NCBI GenBank assembly: GCA_963514005.1
Contig: OY740792.1
Location: forward strand, 21,018,001-21,082,000
Direction of reading: 5' to 3'
Length of the DNA: 64,000 bases
Source of the DNA: Raja brachyura
Taxonomy: Eukaryota
The notes under the pieces were generated by a model, which was given only the letters and a program-made list of their open reading frames with translations, was not told the origin of the DNA and made no database searches. Below are positions 40,221 to 54,139 of the stretch, piece by piece; within the stretch, counting starts at the first letter, position 1, and each line of letters starts with the position of its first letter. A program made the position numbers and the translations under genes.

Positions 40221-43200
40221 TATATGAATTCAGCCTAAGGCTTTCAATGTCAGGTGCTCAGGTATAGTTAATAGATTTCTTATATTCACTGGGAAGACAT
40301 AAGTGTGTAATGTGGGGTGATCATGGACCGGAGGAAATTTGGAAAATATGAAATACAATGTTGTGGTCACCCATGGAGACTAACTTAAAATATGTAAGAA
40401 CACAAAGGAATGCTAATATTAATTAGATCAATACACATGTACAGTATTTATTGCAATTGTAGGTACAGGATATTTCTAATGCTGGATACTACAATCATGT
40501 CTCAACTAGTGATTTTTACAGGAATTATTTTATTTTTGCTGGATACACAAAGTTGCCCATACACAAAGCTTGTGAACATAGAAGGGAAATAATCCAAACC
40601 TGCGCATGCTGGTGGATCCAGGTGCAATCCATTTACTTCATGTGAGTTACTGACTTACCCACATGGCAAAGATGTGCAACGAAGCATTTAGCAGCTTTAT
40701 TTTCCTCCTTAATCCAATTCATTGCAACAGTACTTGCCTTCACCCAACTGGCTCAATTTTGACCCCACTGAAAGTATCACCTTATTTTAGTTTTAACTGA
40801 CTCCTGGTGAGATTCCTGTCATTAGGTTTGCTCCTGATGAATATAACTGAGAAACTGTTCTAAACTTTCCACCTAGTCTAGCTTTGCTAGACACCAATGA
40901 TGTAATGCTATTCCTAGCATCGGCTTTATTTGGGAAAACATGATGGAAAATTTGACTTAAGACATTTCTCCAAAATTAATACATTTACCCTAAGTATCAG
41001 CTGGTCTTTATTTCTAGTGCAGCCATCTTTTGGTTCACTTGCTGCCTCCTCTATTACTGTCAACTAGAAAGCTGTGGTCAAGGAAACTATTTTCTCTGCA
41101 ACTTCCTGCTCATATTTCATATTTCCCTGGCATAGTTGGTATCTGGATATCACAAAATGTGTAAAGGTATTTGGTTTCAATGGTCAGCTGCTTAGTCTGT
41201 TCAGCAGCAGTAAAACACTCTAAAAGCCAATTCCATCTTAAAGAGCCCAAGCTTAATTTCCAACTATTTTCTAGTATAGAAGCCCCTGAAGGCAGATTTA
41301 ATGTGCATTATTATTCAAGCATTGGAAATGTTTAAAAACCTGTCTTCCATGAGATGTCAGCAAGTAGAAAGATCTGTAAAACCCTCCACTTTGTCACTGG
41401 AAATGAAATTGGGCTCAAATTCTCTGTAAGTGGTGAGTCAGTGGGGATTCAGCAGTGCAAGGAAAAACAAGTAAAAACTTACCTCATATGTATTCGCTGT
41501 CACTTTACTATTAATTGCCAGCTCAATTCTCAACAATGAGGCCTGAATGATAATGAGGCCTAATGAGCCATATGGGGAGGCAGAATTTTGTTTCCATAAA
41601 ACATTGAGAAAATTGTTCAATAGCAAGCCAAACCTGATCAAAACTGTGAGGGGTTTTGGATAATCTGCCTGGTACTTCTGATCCAGTGTCAATGCTAATA
41701 CTGAGTGATGAAATCACAACTTCCAGCACTGGTATGTGTCTAAGTCGGCAGTGATACCTGCTGCCCTCCTGCTGTTGACTGCTCTTATGCTGCATAGATG
41801 AACTCATGGAGTCCACCAGGGAAGTCTGACTGCTGAGCCTACACTAAGTTAAACATGGTAGATGTTAAATGAAGAGTAGAGGTCAGTTTCTGGGGACAGG
41901 TTTAGTAGTTATTTATTTATTTGTTATTTGGTAATGTCAATGTTTTTAGTATGTAAATATGATGAGAATAAGAATAAAATTGTGATGGGTGCAGGATTAA
42001 GTGTAAAATAAGTGCTCAGTGGTGTGTGTGCGGATGTGGTGGGGCGTAGAGCTGTAGGACGTGTTTCCCCGTTGTATGCCTCTAATTCTATGATGCTTAC
42101 GATTGAATGTTAAATTTAAACTGGTCCCAAATGTTAGTGAACATTTGCAAATGTCAAAGCCGTTTTCTGAGTCCAATTGGGTATCTGCCAAGGCTTCCGG
42201 AGGAAGACTGTATCTAGCGACTCACCAGAACAAATGGTGTAGCTCAACAGCAAAGAGCCATCAATTGTGAGACAGCAGAAAACCTGCCCCGTTACAAATT
42301 CAAAATTACAAATTAACATCAGTTAAGAACGTTTCAGAAGAAATTATTAAAATTGTTCAACCAAACATTTAAATTTGAAATGTGTAAATTATAAGATACT
42401 AACCTTGTTCCCTCTCAGCTGTTTGTCGCAATACAAATGAATGGAATTGTTCAGATATCAGATTCCCCAGAGTATGTGATGTGCAACTACACAACCTTGT
42501 CATTTACTGTTTGACTCCATGAGGTATCCAATATTGGAGCACAATGGAGACAGAAGGGCAAGTCAATCAAGCTAGGCTGCCAAAATTAAGTAACACCTAA
42601 AACAGGGAAATGCCCAGTATTTCTAAGAAGCCTTATTCAATATTTCCCAAAACATTCTGGGCCATTTTCTTGTCAGTAAGAATAGCAAAACGAATTATTA
42701 AATCTGAGAAGCACAGCAGATTCATATTCTGACAAAATCTACACAGCATAGCCATGATAATGAAAGAAACAATGAGTGGATGCAACAACAATATCCAGCT
42801 TTGTGAAACACACACTTGCTGTTGATGCAATTATCTAACCATTCTTTCCATAGTTATCTAAACACAAACATAGCCACACACCACCTTTATAATCCATGCA
42901 ATGTATGACAGTGCTCAGCAAGTATATTTTACAGACGAGCAATCAAAAGAGCTCCATGCACTATACACTTACACCACACTGCTTACCCAGTATAACTTTC
43001 AAAGAAATAAACTTGAGGTCATTGTGGTGTAGCATAACTTTAAAATGGACATTCAGTCTCAAGATCAAATGAGTATCACTTCAGCCATGCATTAAAATGC
43101 AGATGTAAATAGATGATCGCTGATTTTGCAGCATAAATACTTATATTTATATATATTATATATATTTACATAAATACGAAATGTCAATTCACTCGCTGTT

Positions 43201-43391
43201 ATGTTTTTAATGTGCAATGTTGCATCTTAGATTTCTTTAAAATGAATATACCTTAAGGATAAAACACAAATTGTAAATCATCAAAATAACAGAATTCTAG
43301 AATGGGTTACATAACATATTATCAAACCTATCAATTCTGCATAACATTGTGTAGCATCATTACTATTCACACCACAATTTACCACTAGTAC

Positions 43392-43481
43392 CTGTGAATT
43401 TCTTGTCTTCTATGTGGTCAATCTCAGAAACAGGGGTTGGAATAAACACATGTGAAGTGTCAGAGATTGGCAGTTTATGGT
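43392..43481 (-). CDS. Repeat exon, 90 nt, phase 1-1: DHKLPISDTSHVFIPTPVSEIDHIEDKKFT
   Basis: Acceptor tttctttgtcatcctttacag|, donor cag|gtacta. Prototype short repeat. Confidence 0.88.
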
Positions 43482-44081
43482 CTGTAAAGGATGACAAAGA
43501 AACCAAATACAAATCTTGTGTCTTTACCCAGTAGTGTAATAACCTGCCTATTTTGGCATCTGAAACATTTGTGACTGTTTTTGTATTGGATCAATATGTT
43601 TATTTCAATATAGCCAATGAATTGATAAGAAATCTGAATGTTTTATCTCCAACAAAAGCTGTGGACCACCGATGATATTCCTGGTACATATTATTATAGA
43701 CAGTTATTCTATCTGATTTCTTGCACTAGTTTTGAACTTAAACCAAACTGGTCTTTTATATTTCATACATTATTCACCCTAAAGACCACTTGTTAATGAT
43801 TCCATAATATCTCATGCACATCAGCTTTGCCATAGTTAAAATGCTCTGCTGCAGCAGTTTAATTTAATATGGTCAAATATAAATAATTACCAAGCAAACT
43901 TCAAGCAAATTGATGTGGATAATTCTATCAAATTAATTGTATAAATGTACTTAAATTGTTGGACACAACAGCTAATAGAAAAAAGATCATGCAAATGCAA
44001 AAAGGTGAATGTGCATTAAATTTCTTCCATGGTCAGTATTTACAGCACTTATTATTTAGAGCCTGATAGCTTTTTGAATAC

Positions 44082-44162
44082 CTGTCTGTTGTTTCTCTCC
44101 TGCATTATAAACATGGGTTGGATTAGACAATTTTGCAGTCTTAGATGTTGAGAGTTCATGGT
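44082..44162 (-). CDS. Repeat exon, 81 nt, phase 1-1: DHELSTSKTAKLSNPTHVYNAGEKQQT
   Basis: Acceptor tttgttatttgttacag|, donor cag|gtattc. The DHELSTS start is shared with the 144-nt exons. Confidence 0.85.
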
Positions 44163-44459
44163 CTGTAACAAATAACAAATATACCAAATGAAATAAAGCA
44201 AGTGAAAAGCATGCAAGGGTGGTTGTGTGCACTTTTATAAATGTAGTGGCTATTGCAAAAGAATAAAGAAGCTTCCATGTAAAATTCTCCCAGTCCTCTC
44301 AGAGGAGAGATTTTATTCCAATCCAAATATCAAAACTTAGAAATACAGCTTTTGTTAGAAAAAAATGGATGTAATGGAGTCAGAGTTCTACAGCATAGCG
44401 ACACCCAAAACTTGACATCATGTGAGGTGAAGGGCCTGTTCCTGTGCTGGACTGTTCTA

Positions 44460-45650
44460 CGTTTGTAGTCAGTGTCTCAGCCAATGAAGACAAGCATGCC
44501 AAATGTCTTCTTCACCACCCTATATGTTAATGTCACCATTTTCAGTGAACTATGAATTTACATTCCAAGGTTTCTCTGTATATCAACACCCCCTGCTTCT
44601 TATTCTATATATTGTGCCATTATTTGACATCCCAAAATACATTCCCTCACAAGTGTCTTGATTAAATTCCACCTATCCACACAACTTTCTAGCTGATCTA
44701 TTCCTCTGGACCTTTAGACAAACTTATCTTTTGATATGCCTCCAAGTTAATGTCATCAATAAACTTACTAATCAGAAAACTTACATTCTCATCCACATAA
44801 TTCTCATCCAGTTATAGATGATAAACAACAAGGTCCCAATACTGATCCCCAATGTACACCATTGATTACTGACTTCCAATCAGAAAAACAACCCTCCACC
44901 ATCACCAAGCCAAATTTGGTTCCAATTTGTCAACACATATCAAATCCAACGTGCTTTATTCTTCCAAGCCATCCTAACATGTGGGACAAAAGCCTTTCAA
45001 CAGTTTGTGTATGTCATATATTCCCTACCTTCGTAGTTACCTCAAATAAACCCAAATAAATGTACAAGACAGGATTTCCCCTGCACAAAACCAAGCTGAC
45101 TCCTCGACTCCTCATACTCAGTCCCTAACTTTCCAAATGGGCATAAATCCTGCCCCATGAATTTTTTCTTCTATTACAGAAGTAAGGTCTGAGTTTCCTG
45201 GCTTAACCTTACAGTCTTTCTCGAAAAAGGGAATGACATTTGCTATCCTCCAGTTTTCTGGAACGTCATTCAAGGCTAGCAAAGATACACAACTCTCCTT
45301 GGAGCCCCAGCAAACACCTCCACTGCTCTTAATGTGATCTAAGAATATAATCCTATCAGGCCCAGGGCATTTAACTGACTTAATATGTTCCAAAATCCCC
45401 TTCCACATATAAACGTTACAAAATATCAACATATTCCTCCACTAACTCCTCTCTCTCCATCGTCTACATCTTGCTCAAGGTGAATACCGATGAGAAGTAT
45501 TCAATTAGGAACCCACTCATATCCTCTGGCTCTGCATGTAGATTTCTCAGAGAGATCACATTCTTTCGGAGTGCTCCTTTACTTTGAACGGTAAAGGTTT
45601 GAGGATTCACTGTAGTCCTGCTTGTTAAGGCCATTTCATGTCTCTTTTTT
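44460..45650 (-). mobile_element. Old CR1 LINE
   Basis: ORF 45118..45432 (KCPGPD...VPENWRIANVIPFFEK) and downstream RT remnants. Confidence 0.8.
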
Positions 45651-46669
45651 GACCTCCTAATTTGTTTTTTAATTTAAGATATATCATTGAGCGTTACATC
45701 AGAAATGAAGTAACCTTGTGCATGAATGACATACAATTCACATCATGAAGTGGGACTATCAACTTGCCCATCCAACCCTCAACTGGCTCGGTGGTATTAC
45801 TATAGTTGTACAAAATGACCAGAAAATTGCCTTTTTTTTCCTTACAGGGGAAAATATACATTTTCAGTTGCACAATGTTGAAAACACTCAGCAGCATATT
45901 AATTTCGTCTCTCTGTTATAGGACATTAATGTATCACCATTGCTGAATTGGCCCTATTATGACATCCTAAGGCCAAGCAATGAATTCAAATGTAACCATG
46001 CATAAAATATTCAAAATTATCTTTCAAATAATATCAAATCACAATAATGTTGTGGGCGACTGTACTGGTTGCAGGTTGAATACAACTTCCAACAACATTA
46101 ATACCAGTAATATCAAGATAATCGGCCGCGCGCTGTTAAATACAACCAGCGACTAATATTTTTGCAGACAATCAATAACAGCAACAAAAGTTAAACTTTC
46201 TCCTTGATGTTCACGACAATTACATTAGAAATATTCAAAGCAGAAGTGTACATGATTTAAATGGCAATAGACAATTCATGCATTAAGAAGTTGCATTACC
46301 ATCCAGCACACTACAACAAATCAGACACAACAATTCGACAAACACTTTATAGCCAAGCGCAGCATCTAAATTTCTCCAAATAAGATGTGCTGCACAAATA
46401 ATCCAACAGAGATAAGCAGAATCACTAATCCCATGAAATGAAGAGCAGTGTCATCATTTCATATAGTTTTTGTTACAAGTTGCAAGCAAGACAGTGCACG
46501 GACTTGTCAAATACATTCAGACACAAGTGAATTATACCACCATTCAATTATAAAATCATCAAATGGCATTTTAGAATGTGTCCTAAATTCATGTTACATA
46601 AGGGCATATTGCCATATACAGTTACTAGGTACTGATTTCCTAGATTCACAAAGGCACAAATATTGCCAG

Positions 46670-46765
46670 AATGTCAGCAAATCTTAGCAAATTCAGATTA
46701 GGAGATTCCAATCATCATCTCAGGAATGTCAATGACATTGACGAGGTTCAACTGGGCTGATTCAA
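46670..46765 (-). pseudogene. Heavily decayed relic of the repeat exon
   Basis: Flanked by the array's intron motifs (aaggcacaaatattgccagaa; ggaatccagatacaaaat) with internal atcttagca and ggaatgtca, but no intact splice sites. Confidence 0.5.
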
Positions 46766-47350
46766 GGGGTTAAGACGGAATCCAGATACAAAATCCTCAT
46801 GGTATTTTGATGAACATAGCAGTAGTACCAGGTATCATCACATTGTATCAATATACTACATTTGTTTTCATAATTTTAATATTGAAGTTAACCATGAATT
46901 AATATTAGTTTTGATATACTAAACTACGTTTAATAGAAAATGGTGACCAATTAATCGGTATTATTCGAGAAGAGTCATGTATGAGTAAAATAATGAAAAG
47001 TATGTGCTATATAATTTCCAATGCATGAAATCCAATCATTATTCAATAAACTTCTCAACAAAATAGTTCTCATCAGCAGACAGCACATTTACATCTAAGC
47101 CATGTGTAAACTCAATGAAATATGCACAATAACCCAACAAAAAGCAAAATACATAAGACAAAGACATAGAATTACAACGAATTGCTTACGTCACATGGGC
47201 CGTGATACAACATTGTAAGCTGCAAGCAATATAGTGCAATGGCAACCATAACTCAATTAACTGTAAAAGCGTGTGGTAGCACTTGCTGCATGTGCCCTAA
47301 ATTTCCATCATTATAACACAAGCTTAGGTCATAAATATTGTTAAAGGTAC

Positions 47351-47494
47351 CTGTACCTTCAGTATCACTTATCTTAGCATGCTCAGGTTCTGGGATTGGA
47401 TTGATCACATTAGCAATATCAGTGACTGGCAGCCCACCGTCAGGCATTAAAGTGAACACGTTAGTAGTAGCTTCTGAGATTTTCACCTCATGGT
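47351..47494 (-). CDS. Repeat exon, 144 nt: DHEVKISEATTNVFTLMPDGGLPVTDIANVINPIPEPEHAKISDTEGT
   Basis: Acceptor cttccttcttatctcttcag|, donor cag|gtacct. Overlaps ORF 47253..47486. Confidence 0.9.
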
Positions 47495-48027
47495 CTGAAG
47501 AGATAAGAAGGAAGCTGGATACAAAATACTGTTTTTCTCAGGTTTATTATTAGTTATTCTCATGATTAATATTGAATTAAAGGACTATTATGTACCATGT
47601 TCGCAAGTTTATTCTTATTCATTTCATATAATTAATTTGTCTAGATAGCGTGAAACCATGAACTAACCATTGTATAATACACCGTTTACCTGATTCATTC
47701 AATATTAACCAGCAATAGTATAACACAAAACAAATTTACTATCCAATAAACATTATAGCCATGAGCAGTTGATTAACAATTTTGTCCAAATAATCTGAAA
47801 AATATTTTAAAAATTGCTTAATTCCAAGACGCATTTAGTGAATTTCACAGTTAATTTAAACTGTGGCACGACTATCAAATGCACTTCACAAACCTGTAAC
47901 CTAAATACCAATAAAAAGGCATGGCCTAACTTTCTGCTACAGGTACATTTGTACAAACCTCAGTTTGTGTATATCAATTATTCCATTGCACAGTCCACGC
48001 TCAAGGCACAAATAGGGTCAGCCACAC

Positions 48028-48158
48028 CTGGAACCTTAGCATCCAAACTTAGAATTTCAGGACTCAATATGGTATTGCACACATTAGTAATATTAATGGC
48101 ATTTTTCAACCTGGGATATTACTAATATTAGGAGTGTCAGAGGTTGTCACCTTGTGAG
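48028..48158 (-). pseudogene. Pseudo-exon of the repeat family
   Basis: Acceptor position reads cttcAA instead of cAG. HKVTTSDTPNISNIPG is followed by TGA and a frameshift. Donor cag|gtgtgg. Confidence 0.7.
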
Positions 48159-48479
48159 TTGAAGGGATAAGAAAGAAAATAGTGTTTTGGACAAAAAAAT
48201 TGTGACAATGTTTTACAATTTGTCTTATTGTATATTCAAGTGGAACTATGAATAATATAAAAGTATCAAATTAACATGTTCACCACTTAAATTTAATGGT
48301 AATAAAAACATTACAGTGATATTGCCACTTCATGTCAATCATTGTATGGCAAATAATCATCACAAATTCATGGCCATGATTGGCTGACAATGTGCTGCCC
48401 AGCTAGAGTACAATGAGAATAAAATAATCACAATGCATGAAATTCCAGGAAACATCAATACTCAAAGCACAAATGCTTA

Positions 48480-48604
48480 TTCTCTGTTATCTGAGCACAA
48501 TCAGGTTCTAAACTTAATTATATTAGATGTATCAGTGACGAAGAAATCATGGTCTGGCTCTAAAATGACCAAATTTGTTGTGTCAGATGTTGGCATTTCA
48601 CAGT
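48480..48604 (-). pseudogene. Pseudo-exon of the repeat family
   Basis: Acceptor ctgtcag| is intact. DCEMPTSDTTNLVILEPDHDFFVTDTSNII is followed by a frameshift to TGA, and the donor region is deleted. Confidence 0.75.
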
Positions 48605-48819
48605 CTGACAGAATGCAAAGGAAGCATGATATACTGTAAATAAAGTTATCCTGAAGGATCTAACCCTGAAAATTACTTCTCATCCTTTATCCGGACTTAT
48701 GCACCATCTGGATTTGTTTTAAAGTGATACAAAAATGATAAAACACAGCATGCGTTGACAAATATCTTTCAACGAGCAGAGAAGAGCAGATTTTTGCCCC
48801 ATATCTCTCTCATCTATGT

Positions 48820-49510
48820 ACCAATGTACGTTCACACTCACTTCTTCTAACCTCATCTACTGCATTTTGGTGTTCCTGATGTGGCATCCTGTACATCAAC
48901 GAGACCAAGTGTATACTTGGCAACCATTTCGCTGAACACTTGCACTCAGTCCGCCATGGACTACTGGATGTCCCGGTTGCAAACTATTTTAACTCCCCTT
49001 CCCATTCCCACACTGGCCTCTTTGTCTTGGGCCTCCTCCATTGCCAGAGTGAGGCCACACACAAACTGGAGGAACAGCACCCCATATTCCCATTTGGGTA
49101 ATTTACAATCCAACAGTATGAACATTGAATTCTCCAATTTATGGTAACCTCTAACTAACTTACCCCAAACATCTCCCACTGCTCCACCCCTGTGCCCCAC
49201 CTGGACTCCCACCTATATGTACCCTCCCCCCTCCACCTACTTTTCTCCCTCTGGCTTCACATTCCACAACTCTTCAAACCTGTCTCACATCTGTTCTTAT
49301 CTCTGGCCTTTGTTCCAAATCCCTATTGCCTATGTCGCCCTATTGCCTCTCCCCTTTTCCAACCGCCATCTCCCCCTCTACAATCAGTCTGAAAAGTCCT
49401 GAAACAAAACGTCGGCTAACCATGTTTTCCAGTGCTGCTGCCTGACCTGCTGAGTTACTCCAGCACTTTGTGTCCTTTTGTGTATTAACCAACATCTGCA
49501 GTTCTTTGTT
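48820..49510 (+). mobile_element. Penelope-like element 3' part (GIY-YIG remnant)
   Basis: Decayed TSSNLIYCI..CGILYI.ETK..LGNHFAEHLHSV, plus the terminal motif ...gctgagttactccagcactttgtgt. Confidence 0.85.
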
Positions 49511-49514
49511 GCTA

Positions 49515-49935
49515 CCTATCCTAGTGTCTTTCAAACACTGTTATCGTACCTGGCTCAACTACCTCCTCTGGCAGCTCGTTCCATGTACCCACCACCCTCT
49601 CCGAGTGGAAAACGTCACCCCTCAGTTTCCTATTAAATGTTGTTCCTCTCTCCTTGAACCTATATCCTCTGGTTCTTGATTCCCTGAACCTGGCTAAAAG
49701 ATTGTGCATCCACACTTTCTATTCCCCTCATAATGTTATACGCCTCATCCCTCATCCTCCTACACTCCAATGAATAAAGTCCCAGTCTGTCCAACCTTTC
49801 CCTATTTTCAGGTCCTCAAGACCTGGCAATATCTTTGTAAATCTGCTTTGCATTTTTTCCAGCTTAATGACATCCTTCCTATTGCATGTCACTGAAACTG
49901 AACACAGTACTCCAATGAAGCGTCACCAACGTCTC
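49515..49935 (-). mobile_element. CR1 3' fragment
   Basis: ORF 49521..49715 reads ESRTRGYRFK...FHSERVVGTWNELPEEVVE. Confidence 0.8.
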
Positions 49936-49939
49936 CAAT

Positions 49940-50480
49940 TACTCATCAATATCTTGGTTTGACAACTGCTTAGCCCCAAGACCGCAGGAAGTAGCAGAGA
50001 TTTGTGCATGCAGCCCAGTCAATCATGCAAGCACAACTTCCCCTTCCCATCACCACCATTGCCTCCATCTACCACACGCTGCCTCAGGAAAGCAGCCAAT
50101 ATAATTAACGTCCACCTACATCCACTTCATTCTCTCTTCTTCCCTCTCCCGTTGGGGAGATGAAACAAAAGATTTAAAGCATGTAACACCAGATTCTAGA
50201 ACAGCACTATCCCTGTTATTATCCCTTCCTTGAAGAGACCTTGAAAAAATGAAGCAGCGCTGCTGATCTCCCCATCTACCTCATGGTGGCTCTTGCACTT
50301 TCTATTGTCACCACTTTCTCTGTAGCTGCAACAATATGTTTTGCACTATGTTTCCTTTCTCTTTTAGCATTACTTATACACATTTATGACTTGATTGTAC
50401 TTGTGTATAGTATAATTTGACTGGTTAGTATGCAAAATAACGTTTTTTACTATATCTCTGTACATGTGATAATACACATG
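49940..50480 (+). mobile_element. Rex1-like LINE 3' fragment
   Basis: Remnant cgctgcctcaggaaagcagccaatataatt...ctcttctcccctctcccgttgggg (RCLRKAANII...LFSPLP.G). Confidence 0.6.
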
Positions 50481-50682
50481 ATTTCAAGAGTAAGAAGCTC
50501 TATGTTGCTCATTTCATACTGTTTGTGACATTGAATAAGTCGCATGCATGTTAATTTCTTAACTATCAAAAATACTTTGCACCCATTGAACAGTAAGGCA
50601 GCAATTCTACAAGTAAGGTAATTTCTTGTCACCTTATAACAAACCTCAACACGAAAAGCATACATATGTTTGGCAGAAGTAC

Positions 50683-50823
50683 CTTTAACTTCAGTATCTT
50701 TTACATTAGCACGTTCAGGTTCTGGGATTGGATTGATCGTATTAGGAGTATCAGTGAGTGGCAGCACATAGTTCGGCATTAATGTGACCACAAACGGAAT
50801 ATCTGAGCTTGGCACCTCATCAT
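50683..50823 (-). CDS. Repeat exon, 141 nt: DDEVPSSDIPFVVTLMPNYVLPLTDTPNTINPIPEPERANVKDTEVK
   Basis: Acceptor ccttccttcttatctctttag|, donor aag|gtactt. Confidence 0.9.
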
Positions 50824-50973
50824 CTAAAGAGATAAGAAGGAAGGCAGAGAGAAAATGTGTAGTCTCACAAGGAAATTATACGTGTTGTTTAAATGAACAG
50901 TTTTGAATTCCTGCAATAAAAGGAATATAATTTAATTAATAATGATACTTTGCACACAATTGTCAAATAGATA

Positions 50974-52601
50974 CAGTGTCCTCCATAATGTTTGGGACAA
51001 AGATCCATCATTTATCTATTTGCCACTGTACTCCACAATTTGAGATTTGTAATAGAAAATATCACATGTGGTTAAAGTGCACATTGTCAGATTTTATTTA
51101 AGGCAATTTTTATACATTATGGTTTCACCATGTAGAAATTATAGTTGTATTTATACATAGTTCCCCCCCATTTCAGGGCACCATAATGCTTTGGACACAT
51201 GAGTTCACAGGCGTTTGTAATTGCTCAGGTGTGTTTAACTGCCTCCTTAATGCAGGTATAAGAGAGCTCTCAGCACCTAGTCTTTCCATCACCTTCGGAA
51301 ACTTTTACTGCTGTTTATCAACATGAGGACCAAAGTTGTGCCAATGAAAGTCAAATAAGCCATTATGAGACTGAGAAACAAGCATAAAACTGTTAGAGAA
51401 ATCAGCCAAACCTTAGGCTTACCAAAATCAACTGTTTGGAACATCATTAATAAGAAAGAGAGCACTGGTGAGCTTACTACTCGCAAAGGGACTGGCAGGC
51501 TAAGGAAGAACTCCACAACTGTTCCTCTCTATAATAATGAAAAATCCCCAAACACCTGTCCGACAGATCAAAAACACTCTTAAGGAGTCAGGTGTGGATT
51601 GTCAATGACCACTGTCGGCAGAAGACTTCATGAACAGAAATACAGAGGCTACACTGCAAGATACAAACCACAGGTTAGCCGCAAAAATAGGATGGCCAGG
51701 TAAATGTTTGCCAAGAAGTACTTAAAAGAGCAACCACAGTTCTGAAAAAAGGTCTTGTGGACAGATGAGATGAAGATGAAATTATATCAGAGTGATGGCA
51801 AGAACAAAGTATGGAGGACAGAAGGAACTGTCCAAGATCCAAAGCATACCACCTTATCTGTGAAACACGGTGCTGGGGGTGTTATAGCCTGGGCATGTAT
51901 GGCTGCTGAAGGTACTGGCTCAATTATCTTCATTGATGATACATCTGCTGATGATAGTAGCATAATTAATTCTGAAGTGTATATACACATCCTACCTGCT
52001 CAAGTTCAAACAAATCCCTCAATACTCATTGGCCGGTGGTTCATTCTACAGCAAGACAATGATCCCAAACATACTGTTAAAGCAACAAAGGAGTTTTTCA
52101 AACCTAAAAAAGGTCAATTCTTGAGTGGCCGTCAATCACCCGATCTGAACCCAATTATGCATGCCTTTTATATGCTGAAGAGAAAACTGAAGGGGACTAG
52201 CCCCCAAAACAAGCATAAGCTAAAGATGGATGCAATTAAGCCCTGGCTGAGAATCACCAGAGAAGACACCCAGCAACTGGTGATGTCCATGAATCGCAGA
52301 CTTCAAGCAGTCATTGCATGCAAAGTCAATGGAACAAAATACTAAGCATGGCTTCTTTCATTTCCATGACATTGCTGTGTCTCAAACATTATGGTGCTCT
52401 GAAATGGGGGGACTATGTATAAACACTGCTTTAATTTCAACATGGTGAAACCAAAACGTATAAAAATGGCCTTTAGTAAAATCTGATAATGTGCACTTTA
52501 TCCACATGTGATTTTTTTTCTATTACAACTCTCAAATTGTTTAGTACAGAGGCAAATAAATAAATGATGGGTCTTTGTCCCAAACATTATGGAGGGCATT
52601 G
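50974..52601 (+). mobile_element. Full-length inactive Tc1-family transposon (IR/DR type)
   Basis: TA TSDs at 50972-73 and 52602-03. TIRs of ~225 bp begin cagtgtcctccataatgtttgggac and contain inner direct repeats. A transposase remnant lies inside. Confidence 0.97.
51323..52345 (+). pseudogene. Tc1 transposase pseudogene
   Basis: HTH region (TVREISQTLGLPKSTVWNII), WTDE, QQDNDPKH and SPDLNPIM (catalytic E replaced). Premature stops and frameshifts. Confidence 0.93.
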
Positions 52602-53388
52602 TATGTCTTACCTATTTAATTTGAAATTATTCACAAAGCATAATATAGCACCAGGAAATCCATGAAGCAGGATTGCTGCCATTTGAGAAACACAATTTTT
52701 CCATCCAGTCGCAATGATTGGTTAGCACAAAACAAAGCCACTATTTCCAATTATGTAAGAATGTTGCCCAAATGATAGAGGCATCCAACACAAAAACAGG
52801 TTTTTATCCTACCAGGTCGACACCAACCATCAAATACTTAACCATACCAATCCCATTTATCAATACTTGATCTCCAACCTTCTATGCTGCCTAGAAACAT
52901 CATATTGCAGCCATCCATTGGATGGATCCACCTCCCCCCCAATATCCTCACTAACCCTCTTACTCCCCCACATTAAACTATTATTATTAAATCCCATCAA
53001 TTAGCACCAGACCCAATTTACCAGTTAATCAACGTTGTTCTGTTACCCAAGACTATTCTCCTTACTGTCAACAAACCTATTTACTCTCATCAGTATTCCG
53101 TTTCTTAACTGTCTTTTTTATCACATGCCTAAGATTCCAACATCAACATCTGATGCAGATAAGCAAAAGATTTATTCATTCAAGGATTGCCTTGTCATGT
53201 CAATTTGACTCAACATTAAACAGGTTATAAACATGAATACTTGCAACTTTAACACAGATTTAACTGTAAAAGCTTGTACAGCATCTGGCCTAAGTTTCTG
53301 GCACTTTTATAGAAACCTCAGCGTGAACTTATTCTTATTTAATCTATTTCTCAATACACACTCAAAGCACAAATGTTATCTAAGGTAC

Positions 53389-53511
53389 CTGCAACTTTAA
53401 TATCTATATCTTCAGACTTGGTTATGGGATTGAGGATATTAGGAATGTCAGTAGCTTGTGGATCAGAGTCTGGGATTAAACTGAACATGTTAGAAGTTGG
53501 CACCTCATGGT
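53389..53511 (-). CDS. Repeat exon, 123 nt: DHEVPTSNMFSLIPDSDPQATDIPNILNPITKSEDIDIKVA
   Basis: Acceptor cttcttcttattccctcag|, donor cag|gtacct. Carries in-frame deletions relative to the 141-nt unit. Confidence 0.88.
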
Positions 53512-54139
53512 CTGAGGGAATAAGAAGAAGCCAGGTACAAATTTTAATCTTGCCCGAAAATGTTTTTACATCATTTTGATGTACACAATTGTATTACTGT
53601 ACATTATTACATTGCAACAACATAGATTAATTAATCGAACTACTATATTACTAAATGTATTCATGTCAAGTGATGAACTGCACTAATTGGTAATACATTT
53701 TTACAGTACCAAACTAATCGAATGTTATGCCTAATTAATCCAAGTTACTCAAAATGATTTAAACAAATGGTGTGACAATAGATAAACCATGCAGTAATAT
53801 TTTTCCACTATGAATAATACTTTTTAACACCACAATACTCAAAAAGAGTAATTAAACAACAGACACTCCATGCAGCAGCAATGTTCATACTACAAAAAAG
53901 TGATTTATCATTTAATAAACATTACAACAGAATAGCTGAGAGCTAGTTGAATTCCATGCAGGTTGTGTATGGATAATCACAGACACTTTGCAGACAAGTA
54001 ATCCAAACAAACATTTAACAGTGTACACATGGAATAGCAGCTTCAGAACGTTGCTTAACAATCTGGTACGTTGGCACAATCCTCTCCCTGCACATGGTTA
54101 TTTATTCTTAAACTCATTTTCAAGACAAAAGTATTGCCA

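Noticed and set aside
40600-41850. Possible decayed DNA-transposon or coding remnant
   Set aside because: It has a coding-like texture, but I could not support any motif, TIR or consistent frame.
42404-42596. Candidate exon with aag|gttag donor
   Set aside because: It is 193 nt with stops in all three frames and no repeat motif.
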